This document shows positions 1-9,692 of a stretch of DNA of 64,000 bases, piece by piece. Every line of letters begins with the position of its first letter. The stretch's first letter is position 1. The DNA is from Cyanophora paradoxa CCMP329. Taxonomy: Eukaryota > Plantae > Glaucophyta. The position numbers and the translations under genes were made by a program. The notes beneath the pieces are model-generated. The model was not told where the DNA came from. It searched no databases and saw only the letters and a program-made list of their open reading frames with translations. The stretch lies in contig QPMI01000050.1 of assembly GCA_004431415.1 (NCBI GenBank), positions 6,796 through 70,795 of the forward strand. Direction: 5' to 3'.

Positions 1-2047
1 CGGCTGCAAGTTCATTTTAGTTACATAATTTGCGAGCATAGCAAGGGTGACTATATTCACAAGAACAACAGCAGTTAAGGTAATCCTCTGTGACTACTCT
101 CGAAATGCTCTCATTGTGTATGTTTTTGCAGCCATTCTTTGATTGCTTCAAGAACCCCACCATATTCGTTTTGATCCATGCAAGCTCTGCCCTCCCATAG
201 TTATCATTTGCAGTTCCCACTATGGAATGTAGGAATATTATCTCGACTGAAACTATCATTGGTCTTGAGCCATCTAAACTGTTTACATCTGCAACATGAA
301 CTGTATAGCAGAGTTAAATTTTGGTAGGTTGCTGGTCTGTTGGGACTCTGAATGTATCTGTGGGAATGTCAGCCTCCATGTAGCTTGACACAAAGTATTT
401 GGTATGGTCGCTCCTGGTTCAGGTGGTGGATTATAAGAGCCTGGTAGTGTCTAATATGAAGTGGTCCTCTCATAGCTGAATTTGCAAGTGTCCATTCACA
501 TGTACATAGTGTTCATTCAAAAGATTCTTTCTGGACATTACAAGTCTGATAAAGAGAAACCCCAAGTTATCAAGAGCTTACCTTTGCGAATTCTGGTTGG
601 TCATTAATCTCATCCCAAGTGTGTTCATGTTTGATTGGTGGAAATTCTTCTGGTATTCCATCAATTTCTCCCAATCATGCCTGTGGTCCTCTGGTGGATA
701 CTTTTGAGGTTTACCTAATATCTCATCCCAGTCATGGTTGTGATCCTCTGGTGGATATCTGGCTGGTTTATTGTTGATCTGCTCCCAATCAGGGAAGAAT
801 TCCCAAATCTCTGGGCGAAATCCATCTGGTAATAGTTCCTCATGGGGTTCATAAGGTTGCTCATAATCAACAGCTGGTGGATCATGCCATCTGGCAAATA
901 CTCCTCATCAGGTTCATAGTTCTGCTCATACTCAAACTCTTGTGGATCTAAGCCATCTGGTAGTATCTCTCCTCATTGGGGTCAAACTGATCATATCATA
1001 TTCTTGTGGTCAAAACCATCTGGTAAATACTCTTCCTCATCTGGAACGAATTGATATTCATCAAGCTCTAATATGTCGACTTCAGGAGGTAAATACTGCT
1101 CATCTATTTGCTTTCTGGGTTCAATTATAGGTTTATTGCGAACTTGCTCCCAACTCACAATATGCTGCCCAAAGGCTACATCTTCAGTTGCTGTGTACTC
1201 TCTGCCTGGTTGCTTTTTCGGTGTTAAATCCGGTGGATCCCATGGAAGAGGGAAGGGAACTGGGACAGGTCCATAATACTCAAAGATCTCTCTTATGGTC
1301 TTCTCACTTACAAGCTTCTCACCATTTGCATACACATTGCTGCCATGGATATTTCGCCATTGCCTGGTTCGAATTCCAAGGTCTTTCACATTGCTATACA
1401 AAGGCAAAAGGTGCCTATCCATTTCAACAAGATCAGGATGTAAATGGATTGCTACTGGTTGACTGGGGCTACTGTTGATTGTAATTGATGGCTTTTTTGA
1501 TGGACATCTTTTGGAGTAAAGAACCCAAAAGGCTCATTCCTTGCAAAGTCATATGTAATATCCTTGGGGTAGACATCATTTGTGTAGGAGACCTGATTTG
1601 TGTTGGCAATGGACCTACTTGCAATACTTGGGGGACCTCAGCTTTTGCAGTGCTGCCCTCATTGTAAATTCGCAAACCTGTGTTCTGTTTGCCCTGCTCA
1701 TCTTGAACATTGAAAATCAATCGACCACTATCAAACCTAGAAGGTATATCTGGGTGAGTGCCACTGGTTTTGAGTTTCCTAGGTCTCCTTCTTGTTGCTT
1801 TGATCTCTGCCACTTGGTTTGCTTTCACATTACCCAAGCTAAAAGCAACACTAACTTCCTCCTTATCTGGATCGGTTTGATTCACAGATAAAGCATGCTC
1901 CCTTGATTGAGTCTTGGATGAATTATCGGAACTGTGGTCAATCGAAACTGAACCCTTTACTTTAATATTATCAAAGTTCACATGCTTGGTGCTGCTTGCA
2001 TTATCATCTTGAATGGTTTCTAGATTTGGTGGGTAATTGAAGCTCAT
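1..2047 (-). CDS. Putative virion fibre/spike protein (one gene split by frameshifts; 3' end near or beyond the window edge)
   Basis: ORF pieces 1469..2047, 991..1422, 715..897 and 17..259 join by single-base shifts; contains LLPLYSNVKDLGIRTRQWRNIH (tail-fibre P-x-DLG-x-W motif), ~4 acidic EE(Y/I/L)LPDG repeats and HxHxWxEIxxKPxxYPP repeats. Confidence 0.65.
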
Positions 2048-2090
2048 GGCTTTTACTATATGGATTTATAAAATTCCTGATAAGTAAAAG

Positions 2091-3646
2091 ATGCCCTTGA
2101 AAATCTGCCTGTCTTTATCAGGGGGAGGTGCAAGGGCATTATCATAACCAGGCTGCTAAAAGAAATCGAAAATCGAACTGGCAGGAGAATAATCGATCTT
2201 GTGGATCTTGTGAGTGGAACTTCCACTGGTGGGATCATTGCAATAGGTTTGAATATAAGGCATCCTGATAAACCAGGTGAACCTAAACTGACAGCAAACG
2301 ATTTACACAATATTTACCTAACTCAACTGCCCTTGATTTTCGCAAATCCTCGAAATATAATCGAAAATGCCCTTTTTAATACAAAGTATGATGTGGGACC
2401 CTTGGAGACTGCAATCAATTCAGTTACTGGTGAATCACTAATACAGGATTCCCTAAAGGACATTGTGATCACATCCTTTGATACTCAGAATATGAAACCA
2501 ATATTTATCACAAATGACAACAATTACAACTTTATGCCTTGTAAGATTGCTGCTAGGGCTACTTCTGCTGCTCCTACATATTTCTCTCCTGTAAGCATTG
2601 TTGATTTCAATCGGGGAGTATATGTCTGTCTAATTGATGGTGCCATTTCGGGAAACAATAATCCCAGTGTGTGTGGTTACAGCCATGCAAAGAAAATTTA
2701 CAGTGATGATGATGATATTATAGTAATAAGTATATCTTGTGGAGAGGTGGACCCACATTTAGAGTCTGATTATGTGGGTTATGCTTATGAGACTGTCAAC
2801 AGCTGGGGCATTCTCTCATGGATTGCCTCAACAGATGGAAGCCCATTGATTAACATGCTCATGGCTGCAAGTGAGCTTTCTGCCCTTGATAAGATGGAGG
2901 AGTTGTTACCCTACAACTATGATCAGGATTATGGGAGATACTATAGGCTATCAGTCCCACTTCCAAATCATATAGTAAGCTCCCTGGATGACACTTCTAA
3001 AATCCCAGACATGCTTGCATTCACTGAAACATACATTGCAGCAAACAATGATATGATTAATAAGCTTTGCAGCATTCTAGTAGCAAACTATGAATTAAAG
3101 AACCCTTCAAAGGCTTACATATCATCCACTCTCACTACATCACCTCCTTTGGATGCAAATTGGTATCAGCTTGCAGATGATGCCTTCACTGCCTCATCCT
3201 CTGTGACAGGTAAAGAGCCTTTCATGGCTAGACCTTCAGCATTTGGCTGGGAAGCTGGAGCCTATGCTCCTGAGCAGATATGGGAAACCCCCACTGAATA
3301 CCTTCAAGTTGCTTTCCCATATACTTTCGAACTCTCCTCTGTTATTGCCTATGGTTCAGGGGACACCAATGCTTTTATTAAGACTTTCAATGTGGCAACA
3401 TCCACTGATGGGATCAACTGGTCTTTTATTCGATCAGATGGGCAGAACAAAATATATGTCTGTGAGAACATTAACAATGCTCACAACTCAGGTGATGTGG
3501 CTCTATTGAGTGGATTTCCTCTCAGCATCAAGGATGCTTTTTACATAGGTTTTTCTCTCAGAATCAAGTATATTCGCATTTATCCCCTTGTGTATGTGAA
3601 TGCTCCCACAATGAGAGTGGACTTTACAGGTGCCTTTATTCGATAA
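2091..3646 (+). CDS. Patatin-like phospholipase fused to C-terminal F5/8 type C (discoidin) domain
   Basis: ATG 2091 gives LSLSGGGA(R)G glycine loop (one base missing in AAGGGC), then GTSTG nucleophile elbow, ARATSAAPTYF, IDGA; C-terminus EYLQVAF...STDGINW...KYIRIYP...TMRVDFTG is discoidin-like. Confidence 0.88.
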
Positions 3647-4566
3647 ACTCCAACTGAAAAGAATTGTCGATTCCATTCATATCAATCAGTTCACCAAAGT
3701 AATCTTTAAACTCCACAGTGAGTTCCCTTATCACCAGGTTTCTGTCATTTATCTGAATGAATTCGGCATGCTCACCACTATGGTAAACATAGCCGCCTAT
3801 ATCTTTACTCAATTGCAGTCTAAGGATTGCCCCTGGTTATGTGGTTGCGATTTCGGGATTATATTGTGTCTGCTGGCAAAGGGGGACAGCTCTTTAATAT
3901 GCATGTACAGATACTGCTCAGCATTCATATCAGACATCTTCCTGCTGTCAAAATAATATTGCAAGGGCTTTGAGGAGAGTCTGGGTCCTGAGAAGGTGAT
4001 TCCCATGCTGGGTGATCAGGTGTAATAGGTTTGCCATCATACTTTAAAAGGTTCTCAGGTCGATAGGGAGATCCACCAGCAGGAGGAGTGCTATAATAAC
4101 CATTGGTGTATTCAGTAGAACTCACACCCAAAAGCTTCCCTATTCTCTGGTTGCTTGCAATAAAACGAAACTCATGGTTACTGTAAAACTCCACTTTATA
4201 GGTAGTTGGGTTATAGAATATCTTGAACTCAAAAGCTACTGTTTTGCCTGCAATGGTTTGGAAGCTTGAATAGTTCAGCCCATAATTATAAGGGTGTGTT
4301 ACCCCAAAATGACCCTGGTTAATGTAGCCACTGGGAAGGGGATACACTTTCTGTGTGATGATTTCATTGTATGAACCATCTTGGTAATTAAACTGAACTG
4401 TTAGATGATCAGTTCCCACACTGTTATAGATACTGTTTGGAATCTCTGCATAGAGAACCCTGCATTCCCTTGGTCTCTCTACTGGAGTTGTGAGAGTGAC
4501 CCTGTAAGAGTTTTCATTTTGTCCTTGGCTTCTATCCCTGCTATCAATATTAACAAGTCGATTCAT
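3636..4566 (-). CDS. Minor capsid (penton) protein 1 (two apparent frameshifts)
   Basis: N-term LVNIDSRDRS...YRVTL...VLYAEIPNSIYN; reconstructed C-term YLYMHIKEL...IRELTVEFKDYFGELIDMNGIDNSFQLEFIE* is typical of Polinton/PLV single-jelly-roll pentons. Confidence 0.8.
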
Positions 4567-4595
4567 TTTAATATATAAATATAGATAAAAGAAGA

Positions 4596-5605
4596 ATGCC
4601 TGTGGATTACATCGAGGTTAGCTCATTTAATACAATCTCTGGTGATGGTCCCACATCAAGCTTTGTGGCAAGACTCCCCAGTAGTTATGAGAATGTGAGG
4701 GCTGTGAGACTGGTATCAGCCGAATTTTATAACAGCATCCCTATGGTGAGTGGTGAAACCAAAGTTGGAGATGTGACAGTTGACAATGCATTTAGCATTT
4801 ATTATTCTGAACAAACTCCTGGAGCTGGAAGCTCAGGAATTCCAACAGTTCGCCCAGCTGCTGACTATGAACAATGGAAACAATTCATTATAAGTCGAAA
4901 CACCCCATCCAAAGCCACCAACAACTGGTGAATGTAATTAACTCTAAATTCGAAGGCAGAAATCCCCAACCATCCATTCGCTGCAAATGGGATGAATCAC
5001 TGAAACGAATTATATTCCACTCAGCAGTACCATTTTACTTGGCTTTCTCAGTAGCTGTGAACCCAAGCCAACAAACAATCCAAAAGCTGTTGAGTTCAGC
5101 TAGACTGCTGGGTCTTGATCCTGGAAGATATGGTAACTCCCCAATCCAATCACAGGTCTATGATGCTCTCACTGATGGAATCTTTACTGGTGGTCGAGTG
5201 AATGGCATTATATCTTCTTTTGAGCCTGAGAAGACCAGGGACAGTGTTTTGTTTGTGAGAGTAAAGGAGCTGGGTGATCTGGTGCAATGTGGGGATGGTC
5301 TTCTGACTGGTTACTTTCACAAAATAGTGGTCCCTGATAAAGACTATGGTGAGCATGTTGTTTACAATTCAACAGAGGCTCATCCACTTTATAAATACTA
5401 TAACAAAAAGGTTGGATTATCCACTTTCTCGGTTGATATTGTTAATGCTGTAAATGAACCAATTGATTTTGAGGGTCAACCTGTTCATCTGACCTTTGAA
5501 ATTCGCTATGGTGATGAGCCAGCAGGAGACCCAGTTTATGAATACTTTAAGATGAGAATGTCGCAGCTTCACCCTTCCTATCCAGTTATTACAAGCTTCG
5601 CATAA
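4596..5605 (+). CDS. Minor capsid (penton) protein 2 (one apparent frameshift ~4880)
   Basis: SSFVARLPSSYENVRAVRLVSAEFYNS N-term; VLFVRVKEL...YFHKIVV...LSTFSVDIVNAVNEPIDFEGQPVHLTFEI C-term penton signature. Confidence 0.8.
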
Positions 5606-5658
5606 ATTAAGGATCATTGGTAGATTTTTTATGTTGCAGTATAATAAAAGAGAATATA

Positions 5659-7025
5659 ATGGATATCACTTCCACTCTTCAAAGACTTTCGCTGAAAGAA
5701 GCCCTAACAACCCCAGAAGAGGCGAAAGCCTTTTTCCTGGATAACTCCCTTATGCTTGGTCTCGAATCCAAATCTAAGCCAGTTCTAGTTGTTGTGAATC
5801 CCAGCAATACTTTTGAGAATAATGTTGGAAATCGCATTTCCTTCAAGCTACCTCGCTACAATTTCTGTGGAAAACTCGAACTTGCTTTCGACCTACCAGA
5901 AATCACTTTTGCTGGTGAAGATCTAGTTCGCAATGGATACACTCGCCCAGTTGGTGCTTTAGTTCAGCGACTTGAAATTACCTATGGATCTTACACCTAC
6001 CACATTCCTTCTGATTTCCTTGCTCATTTCCCCTGGTCTATTATTCGGAGGATCAACTAGCTAAAAAGAAACGCTCAATGGGCATGGTTCATGGAATCCC
6101 TGCTCATGGAACCAACCGACTTGGTGGCTCATTTTTCGTTGAAATCCCAGTGCCTTGGCTAAATCACTATCTTCCCCTTGGTGCTTTATCTGGTGAAATG
6201 GTTGTTACTGTTTGGTTTAAGGATGCTGGAAAGGGTTATGTTGAAACTTCCTATGGTGGTCGCTCTCTCCCTGTTGTTGGTGGGACAGCTGCTGATAAGA
6301 CAGAAGATGATGGTCTTGGTGATACTGCTAATGCTACACTTGCCCATGTTGGTCAAAACATCACCACTTTCAGTCTTGGTGCAACAACCCCTGCTATTTC
6401 AATTACTTCTCCTCGCCTTTACATGCATGCTATTAATGTTTCTGATGAGCTTTTCGCTACTGTAATTGAAAAAGTAAAGACTACTGGCATGGCTATTCCC
6501 TCCCTTGATATTGGATTTGTAGATGCCATTGCTTTCCCTGCCAAGGGCAATGCCCAGCCCAATCGAATTAACCTCTCTCAAATCTCAGGTCTTGTCTATG
6601 CTCTGCTTGTTTCAGTTCGTGATTATGAGACTGTTGACAAATCCAATGGCTCCCACAGTGTTCTTAAGACCTATGCCAACTCCAAAGAGATAACATTCAC
6701 AACTGAAATAAATGGACAGCGACTTTTTGCCACTGAGCCAATTTCTCTACTCAAAGGAGCTGAGCTAATTGCTGATGCCTTCAAATGCTCTAACATGGAT
6801 AAGGTTGCAGATAAATATGTCCTTTCAGGACTCCCATTCTGCCTTGATGGAGAAAAGGCAATTCGAAATATTGCTCAAAGTGGATTTGTAGACCTGACTA
6901 ATTCCTCATCTTCATTCCTCACACTCTACATGCCCACAGATAAGACAATCAATGTTCAAGTTCGCGCTTTAATGCATAGTTTCCTCATTATAGACGGTTC
7001 AGGTGTTCGTAGAATCAATTTATAG
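5659..7025 (+). CDS. Major capsid protein, double jelly-roll (one apparent frameshift ~6033)
   Basis: ~455 aa when joined (…HFPLVYYSEDQLAKKKRSMGM…); ISFKLPR…LAFDLP…GALVQRLEITYG…FVEIPVPW…YLPLGAL…VTVWF pattern; sits between the pentons and the packaging ATPase. Confidence 0.8.
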
Positions 7026-7084
7026 ACCATATTCAGTCTCCCTGCATTATTTTTATCTGTCTTTATTTAGGAAGATCTACAACA

Positions 7085-7867
7085 ATGCAAGATTTAGAAG
7101 AGTTTAATGTTTCTGAAATGATAAAAGGTGTTTTCAGAGCCATTTTTATAGGCAAAAGTTGTACGGGAAAAAGCGAATGTGTAAAGTATTGGTTAAAGCA
7201 ATTACATGATGCCAAAGTTATTGATGTTGTCCTAGTTGTGAGTGGGACCAGCTTTAATCATTTCTGGAGAGAGGTTGCAACAGTAGAACTTGGTAAATGG
7301 GATGCTGGTTACATTTCAAAGCTTTTGGATGAAAGGCAGGAGAAAATCGAAAAAGGTGAACCTGTGAACCACATGTGTGTTGTTTTAGATGATTTAATTG
7401 ATAATGAGATAGTCGATCTCACAAGGGATAAAATAATCGGATCCTTGTATTCCAGAGGTCGCCATTCGAAAATATCCATTATCTGCATTACACAGAAACT
7501 CAGAAAAGTCTCTTCCACTATTCGAGTTAATTCTGATTATGCTGTTTTCCTAAGTGCTGCTAATCGCAAAGAACTTGAAGCCATAGAGGAAGAATACAAT
7601 ATAATGCGAAATAAAGAGGATTTCTACAAGATGTTTGAAGAGTATGTTCACTCCTATCAGTATATCGTTTGGTCCTCTGCTGGCTACTCAGTTAAATACT
7701 TTGTTGATAAAGCGGACCTTGTGAAAGATTTCCCATTCCCTCGCTTCCACAGGAAGCCCAAAAAGAAAGAAGATGAGCTGAAACCCCCAGAGAAAGAGGA
7801 AGCCCCCAAAGAAGTGAAGAGCCAAGTCCATAGCAATAAATTGATGCGATATAAACGCGGTTTATAA
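7085..7867 (+). CDS. A32/FtsK-like genome packaging ATPase
   Basis: Walker A GKSCTGKS, Walker B VVLDD, RGRHSKISIICITQ motif, IRVNSDY. Confidence 0.93.
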   Translation: MQDLEEFNVSEMIKGVFRAIFIGKSCTGKSECVKYWLKQLHDAKVIDVVLVVSGTSFNHFWREVATVELGKWDAGYISKLLDERQEKIEKGEPVNHMCVVLDDLIDNEIVDLTRDKIIGSLYSRGRHSKISIICITQKLRKVSSTIRVNSDYAVFLSAANRKELEAIEEEYNIMRNKEDFYKMFEEYVHSYQYIVWSSAGYSVKYFVDKADLVKDFPFPRFHRKPKKKEDELKPPEKEEAPKEVKSQVHSNKLMRYKRGL

Positions 7868-7895
7868 AATTATCTCTCATTCTAATAAAGATACA

Positions 7896-8630
7896 ATGCC
7901 TCCCAAACGAAAGATAGGGATCCCAGCTGGGGCTGTTGGCTATTCAGGTGGTGGAAACAGTGGATCTATTAACACTGAACCAATGAAATTCAATGGTATG
8001 AACGAAATCAAACCCTCACAACCCCAAGAAGACCCCCTTAATGCTGCCTATGAGGAATCAGTCGATGACAAAGCCCCACAAAGTTCAACTGCTGACCAAC
8101 TGAACATTTCCCCTGAGACAGCAAAGATGAAGTCTGTTGCTGAGGGTGCCAGGCGAATTATTGGTGCTGCTGATGATAAAGGTTTAGGCTTGCAAGATCT
8201 GTCATTGGCTCGCAAAGGTGAAGGTCTTAGTAAGGAATCAGACAAGGTTATTCAGTCTATGGCTGGTGAAGTCACATACAAGACTGCTCCCACTCAAAAT
8301 ATTCATCGAATTCCCAAGGCTCAATGGGATGAGATGACTGCTAAACTCAAAGATCTGGAAGCCAAATCCAGTGCTTTGGAGCAGTATGTTACTGAGAAGA
8401 AAGAGAGAGCCAAGCTAAAGGAGATGCTTCGAAAGGAAGTTTATAAAATGGGTATTACTGGTGTCCCAGATAAACAGTTTATTGCTAAGAAAGAGAACCA
8501 AATCGATGAGCAGGCAGTAGATGAAATGAAAACAAAAACCCAAAAGGGAACCATTGAACCTGGTGCCACCAAAGCTGAAGTAGAAAAGGGAGTTGCCCCA
8601 ACAGTATATAAAAGACGAGTTTGGCTTTAA
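7896..8630 (+). CDS. Hypothetical viral protein (244 aa, charged/coiled-coil)
   Basis: Intact ORF co-oriented in the late-gene cluster with short AT-rich spacers. Confidence 0.7.
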   Translation: MPPKRKIGIPAGAVGYSGGGNSGSINTEPMKFNGMNEIKPSQPQEDPLNAAYEESVDDKAPQSSTADQLNISPETAKMKSVAEGARRIIGAADDKGLGLQDLSLARKGEGLSKESDKVIQSMAGEVTYKTAPTQNIHRIPKAQWDEMTAKLKDLEAKSSALEQYVTEKKERAKLKEMLRKEVYKMGITGVPDKQFIAKKENQIDEQAVDEMKTKTQKGTIEPGATKAEVEKGVAPTVYKRRVWL

Positions 8631-8652
8631 TTATCTCTGTTTTATTAGAGAT

Positions 8653-8925
8653 ATGGACATAATACGAAAGTTCTTCGAGATGTTCAGTCTGCATGTGGTG
8701 AGCAATTGCCACAGTGGATGTTGTGAGACAACAGTGGAGTTTGAGATGTCAGATAATGAGGATAATGCCTCAGAAGCAAGAGAAAGAAGGAGGTCTACAG
8801 TTTCTGTGGAGTCAATGCCAGCAGAACCCACAGAGTATACATATGAGCAACAGGAGTATCCAAGGAGAAGTTCTCTGCCAGCAGAAAACGTTTTCTCTGG
8901 GAATATAAATGGAGGATACTATTAG
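8653..8925 (+). CDS. Small hypothetical viral protein with SNCHSGCC motif
   Basis: ATG at 8653 within ORF 8593..8925; Cys cluster followed by an acidic tail. Confidence 0.55.
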   Translation: MDIIRKFFEMFSLHVVSNCHSGCCETTVEFEMSDNEDNASEARERRRSTVSVESMPAEPTEYTYEQQEYPRRSSLPAENVFSGNINGGYY

Positions 8926-9154
8926 TTTAATCGAGTTTACCAGTGATGAACCTGTTACTGAGGGTACTATAAGACACATTCTAGCAATGCAGAAACGATA
9001 TAGAGAGGACCCAGCATATAGAGAGTATAAGAAGCAGCAAGCCCTAGCATCCTATTATCGCAGAAAAGCCCAAAAAGAGGAGCAGAGACCCAGAGGAAGA
9101 CCGATTAAATATTATTTGCCAACTGAAAGTAGCAATGGACCCCCAGGTCTATAA
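8909..9154 (+). CDS. Small basic protein with AT-hook
   Basis: RYREDPAYREYKK and RPRGRP AT-hook. Confidence 0.6.
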   Translation: MEDTISLIEFTSDEPVTEGTIRHILAMQKRYREDPAYREYKKQQALASYYRRKAQKEEQRPRGRPIKYYLPTESSNGPPGL

Positions 9155-9174
9155 GAAAATTGAGAAAAAGCGGT

Positions 9175-9191
9175 CTCAGTATGCTACTGAG
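9175..9191. terminator. Short hairpin between convergent viral genes
   Basis: CTCAGTA-TGC-TACTGAG inverted repeat just after the 9154 stop. Confidence 0.35.
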
Positions 9192-9241
9192 GCAGCTATA
9201 AAAATATATACAAAGGAATTGGCTTTATACTTGCAATCAAG

Positions 9242-9463
9242 TCACAGATAACTTTTGTAAATATGCTTTTGTTGTTTTTTGTTTGCATTCTCAGACACTG
9301 AAACAGTTATGTGAATGTTTACTGATCTATTTCTCTTTGGTTTTGCTGCATACATATTGTAACCTATCAATCTCTGTGACATTTCGATATATGCTCCAAT
9401 ATCTCCATGCTTAATGCATTTATCTAACTCACTCATGGTCATCTCATCAAGAGTCTTTGCCAT
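9242..9463 (-). CDS. Small hypothetical viral protein
   Basis: ATG 9463 (MAKTLDEMT…) within ORF 9242..9511. Confidence 0.45.
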   Translation of the reverse strand: MAKTLDEMTMSELDKCIKHGDIGAYIEMSQRLIGYNMYAAKPKRNRSVNIHITVSVSENANKKQQKHIYKSYL

Positions 9464-9530
9464 TTTGTCTTCACTATACACAATCAAGTAAGCCTTAAGT
9501 ATTCTTGTCAAATTTTGGTCTTTTCCGATA

Positions 9531-9633
9531 GGTGTGACAGGTGTGACAGGTGTGACAGGTCTATCCCATCGATTTTGAAGATCAACTTTTCACCAGGGCT
9601 TTCCTTGGGATGGACCTGTCACACCTGTCACAC
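9531..9633. repeat. Iteron palindrome copy 1 (candidate replication origin/recombination site)
   Basis: (GGTGTGACA)x3-GGTCTATCCCA, 37-bp spacer, TGGGATGGACC-(TGTCACACC)(TGTCACAC); 28-bp arms with one mismatch; 60 bp downstream of the primase-helicase stop. Confidence 0.9.
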
Positions 9634-9692
9634 AAACCATTTTCAGTAAGGCTATAAAAATATATGTAAATCTCAATCATTAATCGTTTTCT

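Noticed and set aside
9531-9633. CRISPR-like array
   Set aside because: The 9-bp units are contiguous with no unique spacers, and no cas genes are present.
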